NCBI GenBank assembly: GCA_034408725.1
Contig: JAWXCN010000234.1
Coordinates: forward strand, 1-14,435
DNA length: 14,435 nt
Direction: 5' to 3'
Source: Candidatus Hydrogenedentota bacterium
Lineage (GTDB): Bacteria > Hydrogenedentota > Hydrogenedentia > Hydrogenedentales > SLHB01
The position numbers and the translations under genes were made by a program. Each line of letters starts with the position of its first letter. Positions within the stretch are counted from its first letter, which is position 1. Positions 6,881-14,435 of the stretch are shown here, one piece after another. The notes below the pieces were generated by a model. It saw only the letters and a list, made by a program, of their open reading frames with translations, was not told the origin of the DNA and searched no databases.

Positions 6881-6904
6881 GATTGCGATTGCGATGACGA
6901 TTAC
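6881..6904. repeat. Degenerate hexamer tandem repeat (GATTRC x4)
   Basis: gattgc gattgc gatgac gattac. Confidence 0.55.
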
Positions 6905-6958
6905 GGGTCGAGCAAGCTATCTAACATCGAGTCGAATATTAACAGAAAACCCTCCGGA

Positions 6959-6987
6959 TTGCGTGAACTGGGTGCGCGCCGTATACT
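6959..6987 (+). promoter_or_regulatory. Putative sigma70 promoter of the aldolase gene
   Basis: TTGCGT (6959-6964), 17 nt, TATACT (6982-6987). Strong SD AAGGAG upstream of ATG 7051. Confidence 0.6.
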
Positions 6988-7050
6988 GCTGCGCATCAAC
7001 TGGCCATTACGCGGCGCGAGCGCGCCGATTCGCAGAAGGAGTCTGTTCGC

Positions 7051-7947
7051 ATGAGTAAACCAAAACTCGAAGGTGTGTTCCCGGCGTTGTTGACGCCATT
7101 TACCAAGGGCGGCGTGAAAGTTGATTATGAGCGCGCCTGCGGGTTGGCCGAACGGCTCGCAAAGCAAGGTGTGCATGGCCTGTTCGTCTGCGGCACCACG
7201 GGGGAAGGCCCCCTCATGACCCTTGAAGAGCGCAAGCAAACGCTCCAGGAAGTCGTGGGCGCGGTCGGAAAAAAAGTGAAGGTCATTGCGCACACCGGGT
7301 GCTTCGATACCGCTTCCACCATCGAGCTCACGCAGCACGCCGAAAGAGTTGGCGCAGCCGCCGCCGGCGTGGTGACTCCAGGTTTTTATACCTTCGACGA
7401 TGAATGCATCTACCGCCACTTCAAAACGGTGGCCGAGTCGGTGAAGGATTTTCCAGTCCTTTTGTACAACATTCCCGGCTGCGTCAAAAACACGATCAAA
7501 CCCGCGCTGGTACACCGCCTTGCGAAAGACGTGAAGAACATCGTTGGCATGAAAGACAGCGGCGGAAACATTTCCGCGTTCAATGAAGTGCTCATGGGCG
7601 TGCCCAAGGGTTTCATCGCGATCAACGGCGTTGACGAATATTCTATGCAGGCGCTCGTCGCGGGCGGTTCGGGATGCGTCTCTAGTACGGCTAACGTCGT
7701 GCCCGAGCTGTTTCTTTCGATCTTCAACAACGTGCGCAAGGGCGACTTGAAAAAGGCTTGGGACAGCCAAGTCAAACTTTGCGGCGCATGCGCCGCATTT
7801 CATTACGGCGCGCTCGTCGCGCGTTATAAAGAAGGCGTGCGCTTGCGCGGATTCGATTCCGGGTATGTGCGCCCCCCCCAACGCGAACTGGACAAAGACG
7901 AGCGCAAAGATCTCGCGAAGACCATGAAATCCGCTGGGCTACTTTAG
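7051..7947 (+). CDS. Dihydrodipicolinate synthase/N-acetylneuraminate lyase family class I aldolase (probably not true DapA)
   Basis: GVFPALLTPF, GTTGEG, LYNIP, Schiff-base Lys in GMKDS, and NGVDE are present. Cys occupies the DapA Arg138 position. Confidence 0.9.
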   Translation: MSKPKLEGVFPALLTPFTKGGVKVDYERACGLAERLAKQGVHGLFVCGTTGEGPLMTLEERKQTLQEVVGAVGKKVKVIAHTGCFDTASTIELTQHAERVGAAAAGVVTPGFYTFDDECIYRHFKTVAESVKDFPVLLYNIPGCVKNTIKPALVHRLAKDVKNIVGMKDSGGNISAFNEVLMGVPKGFIAINGVDEYSMQALVAGGSGCVSSTANVVPELFLSIFNNVRKGDLKKAWDSQVKLCGACAAFHYGALVARYKEGVRLRGFDSGYVRPPQRELDKDERKDLAKTMKSAGLL

Positions 7948-7961
7948 CGGGAATCGACTTG

Positions 7962-8037
7962 ATTTCAAATTTGAAAGTTCAAATTTGAAATAATTTGATG
8001 TGGATTTCATCCAAATTCCAGATTGAATTTCACATCA
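7962..8037. repeat. AT-rich palindromic heptamer array plus a second imperfect inverted repeat
   Basis: 7962-7991 atttcaaatttgaaagttcaaatttgaaat has 14-bp perfect arms and consists of 4 heptamers TTT(C/G)AAA. 7996-8010 and 8023-8037 form an inverted repeat (12/15). Confidence 0.7.
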
Positions 8038-8074
8038 GCTCGCGGCGCGCATTGATGCAAGAGGAACCTATACA

Positions 8075-9997
8075 TTGGCCGTACGCCTCAATACTCACGA
8101 CGAATGGCTCGAGACTGACGGCCTCGGCGGGTTCGCGTCCGGCACCGTGAGCGGAATCAGGACCCGGCGTTACCACGCGCTGCTGCTGACCGCCGCCACA
8201 CCCCCGACTGGCCGGCTCGTGCTGGTGAACGGAGTGGACGCCTGGGTGACGACGTCGCGTGGGAACTACGCGATCAGCGCACAGGTGTACGAGCCGGGCG
8301 TCGTGTCGCCAAATGGTTGGGAGCGGATCGAGGCGTTTACCATCGATCCGTGGCCGACGTGGAAATACAAGCTGCCCGACGGAACAGAAGTCGTTCAGGA
8401 AGTATTCGTGCCGCACGGCAGCGCCGCGGTCGTGTTGTCCTGGAGAATCCTGGGGGACCCGGCAGGCTGCACGTTGTCGGTCCGGCCATTCCTGTCGGTG
8501 CGCGATTATCACGCGACGCATCACGAGTCCTCGGGGTATCGTTTTGATCCCGTGTTGGCGGGCGGCAAGGTGACTTGGCGGCCCTACCCGAATTTGCCTG
8601 CCGTACATTCCCTCAGCGACGGCGAATACATCCACGAGCCGCAGTGGTATCGCAATTTCATCTATGAGGAAGAGCGCGCGCGCGGTCTCGACTATACGGA
8701 AGACTTGGCGTCACCCGGCACGTTTCGTTGGAGCCTCGCCGCCACGGGAAGTGCATCCCTTGTCTTCGCATCGGATGGCCATGAACAAATCCTCGGCGCG
8801 CCCAACGCTCCGATAGAATCCATCGCCGAAGGCTTGCGGCACACGGAAACACAGCGGCGCGGACATTTTTCGCACCGTCTGCACCGGGCCGCGGATGCCT
8901 TTATCGTCAAGCGCGGCGCGGGCAATACCATCGTCGCCGGTTACCCCTGGTTCACCGATTGGGGCCGGGACGCGTTCATCGCGATACGCGGGTTGTGCCT
9001 GTCGACGGGCCGGTTCGAGGAAGCTCGAAACATTCTCCTCGAATGGGCTGGCGCCGTGTCAGAGGGCATGCTTCCAAACTATTTCAGCGACAACGGCGCG
9101 CCGCCGCAATACAACACGGTCGATGCGCCCCTATGGTTCATCATCGCGGTACACGATTTTTTGAGTCGCTCCGCTTCGGACCAGGATGCGGCCAAGCTAC
9201 ATTCGGCAACCGAAGCGATATTGACCGGGTACTCCCGAGGCACGCGCCACGGCATCCACATGGCCGACGATGGCCTGCTCGCCGCGGGTGAACCTGGCGT
9301 GCAGCTTACGTGGATGGATGCGAAAGTGGGGGACTGGATCGTCACGCCGCGCATCGGCAAGCCGGTCGAAGTCCAGGCGTTGTGGATCAATGCGCTGCGC
9401 ATTGGCAGCACGTTTTCTGAAACGTGGAAGGCATATTTCGATCACGCAAGCGCCGCATTCGAGACCTGCTTTTGGAATGAGTCCCTGGGACATTTAAACG
9501 ACGTGGTCGATTGTGAACATGCGCCCGGGAATATCGATGGATCGTTTCGCCCGAACCAGATTCTCGCGGTAGGCGGCTTGCCTTTTCCATTACTGGAAGG
9601 CGAACGCGCCCGCCGCGTAGTCGATGCCGTTGAATCGGCCCTGTTGACACCGGTAGGTTTGCGGTCACTGGCGCCGGGCGCGCCGGGCTATCACGGCAAG
9701 TACGAAGGTGGTGTCGCGGATCGCGATGGGGCCTATCACCAGGGCACGGTGTGGCCGTGGCTCCTTGGGCCGTTTGTCGATGCTTGGGTGCGTGTGCGCG
9801 GCAACACCGCGGAAGCGAAACAGGAAGCGAGGACACGGTTTCTGTCGCCCTTACTGGAAAACCTCGATCACGCCGGACTGGGTTCCTTGAGCGAGATCGC
9901 CGATGGCGATGCACCGCACACGCCGCGCGGCTGTCCATTCCAGGCGTGGTCCGTCGGGGAAGCGTTGCGAATTCATCACGATATCCTCGGGGGGTAG
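8075..9997 (+). CDS. Glycogen debranching enzyme / amylo-alpha-1,6-glucosidase (GDE_N + GDE_C, GH133-like)
   Basis: EWLETDGLGG, RRYHALL, AGYPWFTDWGRD, QLTWMDAK, TPRIGKPVEVQALW, RPNQ, YHQGTVWPWLLG, SEIADGD and GCPFQAWSV are present. TTG start with GAGGA at 8061-8065. Confidence 0.93.
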   Translation: MAVRLNTHDEWLETDGLGGFASGTVSGIRTRRYHALLLTAATPPTGRLVLVNGVDAWVTTSRGNYAISAQVYEPGVVSPNGWERIEAFTIDPWPTWKYKLPDGTEVVQEVFVPHGSAAVVLSWRILGDPAGCTLSVRPFLSVRDYHATHHESSGYRFDPVLAGGKVTWRPYPNLPAVHSLSDGEYIHEPQWYRNFIYEEERARGLDYTEDLASPGTFRWSLAATGSASLVFASDGHEQILGAPNAPIESIAEGLRHTETQRRGHFSHRLHRAADAFIVKRGAGNTIVAGYPWFTDWGRDAFIAIRGLCLSTGRFEEARNILLEWAGAVSEGMLPNYFSDNGAPPQYNTVDAPLWFIIAVHDFLSRSASDQDAAKLHSATEAILTGYSRGTRHGIHMADDGLLAAGEPGVQLTWMDAKVGDWIVTPRIGKPVEVQALWINALRIGSTFSETWKAYFDHASAAFETCFWNESLGHLNDVVDCEHAPGNIDGSFRPNQILAVGGLPFPLLEGERARRVVDAVESALLTPVGLRSLAPGAPGYHGKYEGGVADRDGAYHQGTVWPWLLGPFVDAWVRVRGNTAEAKQEARTRFLSPLLENLDHAGLGSLSEIADGDAPHTPRGCPFQAWSVGEALRIHHDILGG

Positions 9998-10004
9998 TTC
10001 GTCC

Positions 10005-11450
10005 ATGGCACGCATGGGCACGTTGCTCTCGCAAACTGCTATTTACATGGTCGGCCTGGCGCTGAGCCGGGGCATCGCCATCGCCCTCGTCCCGCTGTAC
10101 ACGCGCACACTTTCGCCCGCTGATTTTTTTACCTGGGACCTAGCCACCACAACGATTCTGTTTGTTCTCGCAATTGCGGAACTCGGCATGTCATCGGCGC
10201 TGGCACGCTTCTACGTTAAAGCGGATTCCAACGCGGAACGCCGCGCAGTTGCCCGGACTGCCAGCGCAGTCGCATTTCTCATGCTCGTCCTTACAGTTGG
10301 AACCTTATTGGCATTCCGCGGGCCCGCGGCGGTCCTTGCATTTGGGGACGCCGCGGATTTGGACCTGATCGATCTCGTTGCGCTAATCGTCGCCCTGACC
10401 GTATTCAGCAATTTACCCCTCGCACTGCTCCGCGCGCAAGAGCGCCCGATCGCTTTTGCAACGGTGTGTTTCTTGCGCGCGCTCGTAGGTTCCGCCTTTA
10501 TCATTTTATTTGTCGTCGTATGGGGCTGGGGAATCAAGGGAATCCTGCTTGGCGACGCGGCGGGTCTTGCGGCGGTGAGCCTGGCCGGCCTCGTGTTGAA
10601 TCGCGCGGACCTTGTCCCGGCGATCAATCGGCAGGCTTTGCGCGACCTGCTGTTATTTGGCGTGCCGCTCATCCCGATTGGAATCGCCACCACAATCGTG
10701 CTCGTCTCCGATCGATACTTCCTGCGAGAGCACGTTGGCACGTCCGAAGCGGCTGTCTATAGCCTCGCGTTCAAAGTCGCCACGCTCGTGAACCTCGTCG
10801 CTATGGCTTTGCAGACTGCGTGGGCGCCCACGGCTTTCCGCATCGCCAAGCAGGAAGACGCCGGCCGGGCGCTGGCGGACTCCTTCCGTATGATCGCGCT
10901 GGCGCTCGGTCTGCTCGCCCTCGCGATATCATGCGTAGCGCCCGAACTCACGCGCGTTTTTGCCTCGTCTCCCGAATATGCCGGCGCGCACCGCATCGTT
11001 CCGTGGCTGGCATTTTCATACTCACTTCAGGCTGCCGTGCTCATCGTGAATACCAATCTCGTGATTGGTAACCGGACGGTGTATTCAACGCTGATCTTTT
11101 GCGCCGGCGCGGTTTTGAAACTTTTCCTGAACCAGGCGCTCATTCCTCGATATGGGATCGATGGAGCAGCCATTGCCACGTTCGCGGTATTCGGAGTCGA
11201 ACTGGTATTGGTGTTTGTCATTGGCGCAGCCGTATTTCCCGTGCCATACGATTTTCGCCGGCTCGGCGCACTCGTAATACTCTTGGCCGTTTGCGCGATG
11301 TGCGCGTCTTGGGCAATGACGTTTTCGTATTCCGTTTCATTGATATTGCGTGCCCTTTGTGTGGTAGGGTTCGTACTGATCGTGTCTTTCTCTGGAATTG
11401 TCCAACGCTCGGAACTGAAACGGCTGCGAAACACCGCTAGTGGTGTTTAA
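10005..11450 (+). CDS. wzx: Wzx-type oligosaccharide/polysaccharide flippase (MOP superfamily)
   Basis: Many TM helices. N-terminal 'IYMVGLALSRGIAIALVPLYTRTLSPADF', 'ELGMSSALARF', 'DRYFL...AVYSLAFK' and 'LIPRYGIDGAAIAT'. Start at ATG 10005, 7 nt after the GDE stop; the ORF-track start at 9903 overlaps GDE. Confidence 0.88.
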   Translation: MARMGTLLSQTAIYMVGLALSRGIAIALVPLYTRTLSPADFFTWDLATTTILFVLAIAELGMSSALARFYVKADSNAERRAVARTASAVAFLMLVLTVGTLLAFRGPAAVLAFGDAADLDLIDLVALIVALTVFSNLPLALLRAQERPIAFATVCFLRALVGSAFIILFVVVWGWGIKGILLGDAAGLAAVSLAGLVLNRADLVPAINRQALRDLLLFGVPLIPIGIATTIVLVSDRYFLREHVGTSEAAVYSLAFKVATLVNLVAMALQTAWAPTAFRIAKQEDAGRALADSFRMIALALGLLALAISCVAPELTRVFASSPEYAGAHRIVPWLAFSYSLQAAVLIVNTNLVIGNRTVYSTLIFCAGAVLKLFLNQALIPRYGIDGAAIATFAVFGVELVLVFVIGAAVFPVPYDFRRLGALVILLAVCAMCASWAMTFSYSVSLILRALCVVGFVLIVSFSGIVQRSELKRLRNTASGV

Positions 11451-11477
11451 CTGGCGCGTTTGCGTTGGCGTGCGCAG

Positions 11478-12431
11478 ATGAGTCGAGGGAGTGTCCTTGC
11501 CTTGCCGGTGAAACGAACGCTTCAACGCTGGTCACAGCCAATGCTGAAACCGGTTGCGCGCCGCCTGCTCAATCTCGTCCACGTGCCGCGCCGCCTCGAA
11601 GCGTTGGACGCTGGCCAGCGATCCATCGGCGCGCAGTACGCAAAAGCGTTGTATCCCGGACTGCTCCCGGAATCAACGGGCAAATCTGCGCTGAATTCAC
11701 ACGAGTTTCGCGTCTACTCGCAACACGGCGAAGACGGAATCCTGCTGTATCTCTTCTCGATCATCGGCGTCAAAAGCCGCCGGTTTGTAGAGTTTGGCGT
11801 AGAAGACGGAACGGAATGCAACACCGCAAACTTGTCCATCAATTTCGGGTTCCGCGGAATGCTGATGGACGGCGACGCCGTGAATATCGCGAACGGCAGG
11901 CGCTTCTATGATTCCATGCTCGGCGAACACGCCGATGCCGTGAACCTGCTGCAATCGTGGATTGCGGCGGACAACATCAATTCCATACTGACTGACAACG
12001 AATTCACGGGCGAAATCGATCTGCTGTCGATTGATATCGATGGAAATGATTACTGGGTGTGGAAAGCCATCGACGCCGTGCGGCCCCGCATTGTTATTGC
12101 GGAATACAACGCGGGCTTTGGCCCCGCGCGCTCGGTGACGATTCCGTATCAACCCGCGTTTGATCGCTGGAAAGTCCATTCCACCGGAATGTATTTCGGA
12201 GCGTCGCTGGCTGCTCTCACGAAACTTGGTTCGAGCAAGGGATACTCGCTTGCGGGTTGCGACTCCTCCGGCGCGAACGCGTTTTTCGTGCGCGACGATC
12301 TTGCTGCCGGCGTCTTTGCGCCGATAACCGCCATGCAAGCATTCTATCCGCAGGCTTCGCGAATCCTTGCAGGCCATACGCAAGTCGCTCAGGAAAAGAT
12401 TCTATTCGCGTTTCCCGTCGAGGAAGTGTAA
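11478..12431 (+). CDS. FkbM-like SAM-dependent methyltransferase of surface-glycan loci
   Basis: YSQHGEDG, FVEFG (motif I), DLLSIDIDGNDY and IVIAEYN follow the FkbM/Methyltransf_21-like pattern. Start uncertain (ATG 11478 or 11541). Confidence 0.72.
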   Translation: MSRGSVLALPVKRTLQRWSQPMLKPVARRLLNLVHVPRRLEALDAGQRSIGAQYAKALYPGLLPESTGKSALNSHEFRVYSQHGEDGILLYLFSIIGVKSRRFVEFGVEDGTECNTANLSINFGFRGMLMDGDAVNIANGRRFYDSMLGEHADAVNLLQSWIAADNINSILTDNEFTGEIDLLSIDIDGNDYWVWKAIDAVRPRIVIAEYNAGFGPARSVTIPYQPAFDRWKVHSTGMYFGASLAALTKLGSSKGYSLAGCDSSGANAFFVRDDLAAGVFAPITAMQAFYPQASRILAGHTQVAQEKILFAFPVEEV

Positions 12432-12433
12432 TT

Positions 12434-13633
12434 GTGCGCGCCGCACTGAATGAAACGCCTCCGGGCGACGCTCCGCAACGGACTATATTTCCTGACTCAG
12501 CCCTTTCCAAGCGCGTGGCCGTTGCCGCCATGCGGCTGTACGGCAAGGTGCTGCCCGGTGTGCAAGACCAGATTCGCCCCACGGACTCATCAGCACTCCG
12601 CATCCTCATCCAAACGATGGGCGGCATCGGCAATTCTTTGATGGCGACCCCGCTGATTGCCGCGACGCGCCAATTGTATCCCAACGCACGGATCGACGTG
12701 CTGACATCACCGGCGACCGCTCCGCTTCTCGCAACGAATCCACACGCGACGAACGTCCTTACCGATCCACCAGCGGACGGACAAGGCATGTGGCCGGTGG
12801 TCCGCGGTATTCGCGCGGCCCGTTATGACGCGGCGATAGCCGCGCTGAATTCCCACCTCTCAAAAAACGCGGCGCGCATTGTGCTTGGCAAAATTCCGCG
12901 CCGGATCATGCACGAATACCCGTTCCGGGCTTACGACAATTTTTTGGGCGCGTTCACCCACGTAGTCCCTCGCGCTCGCGGAAAGCACGATGTGGCCCGT
13001 AATATGGATTTGCTCCACGCGCTTTCCGGGGAGCACGTTGACCCCGGTCCGTTGGTATTGCCCTTGAACGAGGCCGCGAAAGCCACGGCGCGAGCCGTCC
13101 TCGCTGGTGCGGGCTGGAACCCCGAACGCGTATCGGTCGCAATCTGTCCGGGGTCGTCGGGTTGGATGGCGTTCAAGCGCTGGCCAATCCACCACGCAAT
13201 GGCGCTTGCCGATTGCGTGTTACAGCGTCGCGATGCTCCAACCGTCCTGACATTGTTGGGGCCTGACGAACAAGAAGATGTCCGCGCATGGCGCGAGCGT
13301 TTCGGCTCACGGGTCATTCTCATCGAAGGTCTGGACGTCACCGCGTATGCAGCCGCGCTTGCGCAGATGAGCGCCGTCATTGCAAACGATAGCTTGCCGA
13401 TGCACCTTTGCGCCGCGTTGCAGGTGCCGGTGGTGGCGCTATTTGGTCCGACGGATCCCGCGCAGACCGGGCCGTGGAAAGGCCGCGCAATCGTGATCTC
13501 CGCCGATACGGACTTCACGCCATTTTACACACTGCCTTATCCGGTCGATCCCGGCCAGTTCCCCGACAGCATGGAAACCATCACTCCAGAATCCGTTGAG
13601 CATGCGGTTGATCAACTGCTCGCGCGACGCTAG
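12434..13633 (+). CDS. Glycosyltransferase family 9 (ADP-heptose:LPS heptosyltransferase-like)
   Basis: GGIGNSLMATPLIAATRQLYPNARIDVL, PGSS...KRWP and NDSLPMHLCAALQVPVVALFGPTDP are present. GTG at 12434 is 2 nt after the upstream stop, with AGGAAG at 12421-12426 (alternative start ATG 12530). Confidence 0.9.
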   Translation: MRAALNETPPGDAPQRTIFPDSALSKRVAVAAMRLYGKVLPGVQDQIRPTDSSALRILIQTMGGIGNSLMATPLIAATRQLYPNARIDVLTSPATAPLLATNPHATNVLTDPPADGQGMWPVVRGIRAARYDAAIAALNSHLSKNAARIVLGKIPRRIMHEYPFRAYDNFLGAFTHVVPRARGKHDVARNMDLLHALSGEHVDPGPLVLPLNEAAKATARAVLAGAGWNPERVSVAICPGSSGWMAFKRWPIHHAMALADCVLQRRDAPTVLTLLGPDEQEDVRAWRERFGSRVILIEGLDVTAYAAALAQMSAVIANDSLPMHLCAALQVPVVALFGPTDPAQTGPWKGRAIVISADTDFTPFYTLPYPVDPGQFPDSMETITPESVEHAVDQLLARR

Positions 13634-13663
13634 CCGATTTGTGGGCCGGAAGCGGTCATTCAA

Positions 13664-13691
13664 TACTATATTGTGCAATGGGAACGTTCCC
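13664..13691 (+). promoter_or_regulatory. Candidate -10 (TACTAT/TATATT) followed by the palindrome GGGAACGTTCCC
   Basis: AT-rich patch at 13664-13672. Perfect 12-bp palindrome at 13680-13691 with a central CG. Confidence 0.4.
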
Positions 13692-13757
13692 GGTAAGCTG
13701 GAGTGCGTGGGAAGGGGCCGCGCTCAGGGCGTGGCCATTATCGGGGAGAATCCAGAT

Positions 13758-14336
13758 ATGCTTCGTCAACGGGTTTGGTTTGCTGCATTGCTGTTGATCG
13801 TCGGGGTCGCGTGCGTTCCGGCGCATGCGAACGTGCAAGTGTCCATCACGATCACGGGAACGGTCGAAGAGTTGATTCCCATCCTTCAAAAGTTGCAGGA
13901 ACTCGGGCTCGGCGGCGCGCCGGCGGCCGATGATCCGCTGAAGCTGAATGTTCACAGCGTCATGTCCGAGGACGAACCCATGCCGGCGGTCGTAGTACCT
14001 TCATTTACCGCCGCCGCGGTCGAGCCAGCCATGGCGAAGGCGGGGGATAGCGTGCTCATCACCGCCACCGTCGCCGACCTTGGCCGCCACGTGGATACCG
14101 TCGCTGCCAGCATCGGTGGTGGCGCGCGCGTGGATTTGTTTGATAACGGCACTGAAGGTGATGTGACCGCGGGTGACCAGATTTGGTCGCGACAGACCGT
14201 CCTGCCCGCGATTCCCGCGGGAGAAGTGATTGTTTCCATCTCCGCGTACAATGCGAACGGAGAAGCCATTGTCACTCAGGCCACGGGCGAGGACGCGCCA
14301 CTCACAACGGAAGCGAAAATGACGGTGACGCCCTAA
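13758..14336 (+). CDS. Secreted protein with a C-terminal choice-of-anchor X-like domain
   Basis: ATG 13758 with GGGGAGA SD. Sec signal peptide ends ...VPAHA. Motif LFDNGTEGDVTAGDQIWS (14136-14189) matches the LxDDGxxGDxxAGDGxY/W pattern within an Ig-like domain. Confidence 0.78.
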   Translation: MLRQRVWFAALLLIVGVACVPAHANVQVSITITGTVEELIPILQKLQELGLGGAPAADDPLKLNVHSVMSEDEPMPAVVVPSFTAAAVEPAMAKAGDSVLITATVADLGRHVDTVAASIGGGARVDLFDNGTEGDVTAGDQIWSRQTVLPAIPAGEVIVSISAYNANGEAIVTQATGEDAPLTTEAKMTVTP

Positions 14337-14435
14337 CACTCCGGGTCCGGGCGATTGAAGTTACCGAAGATTTAGCGCCAAGTTCAGAACGGGAAGCGAA
14401 CACGGCGCGGCGAAGGGAAGTGCGGCATGGTTGCG

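Noticed and set aside
9387..10034. Long antisense ORFs (also 2565-3152, 4039-4611, 6901-7881, 11697-12383, 12931-13518 and the plus-strand 1372-1980)
   Set aside because: These are shadow frames of well-supported genes in GC-rich DNA, with no motifs or RBS.
13680..13757. Cobalamin riboswitch (GGGAA...GGGAAGG words)
   Set aside because: The region is too short and lacks the conserved core (CCCGCxACTG, GCCACTG and B12-box context).
14427..14435. Possible start of a next gene (ATG after GAAGGGAAG)
   Set aside because: Only three codons are visible, so it cannot be supported.

Overview
GC-rich bacterial chromosomal window. Gene style and intergenic repeats resemble Planctomycetota/Ca. Hydrogenedentes-type genomes (inference only). 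It holds 13 credible CDS: a partial ABC-2-type permease on the minus strand that is missing from the ORF track because it runs off the left edge; a secreted YjiK/SdiA-regulated-like beta-propeller; a class I-alpha DAHP synthase; a membrane protein; a glucose-1-dehydrogenase-like SDR; a GNAT; a membrane protein resembling a catalytically degenerate YhfC-type intramembrane protease; a DapA/NanA-family aldolase lacking the DapA-specific Arg; a glycogen debranching enzyme (amylo-alpha-1,6-glucosidase); a Wzx flippase; an FkbM-like methyltransferase; a GT9; and a small secreted choice-of-anchor-X-like protein. The most striking non-coding signal is that most intergenic gaps in the first 8 kb carry small palindromic elements: three GGAG-type REP families arranged as inverted pairs, plus hexamer and heptamer repeats. 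Two of the REP families share one architecture, with compensatory stem changes. There are also candidate leaderless promoters and operator-like palindromes. I found no CRISPR array, transposase, tRNA, rRNA or recognisable defence system, and I cannot support a clearly novel multi-gene system. The best leads are listed as findings.
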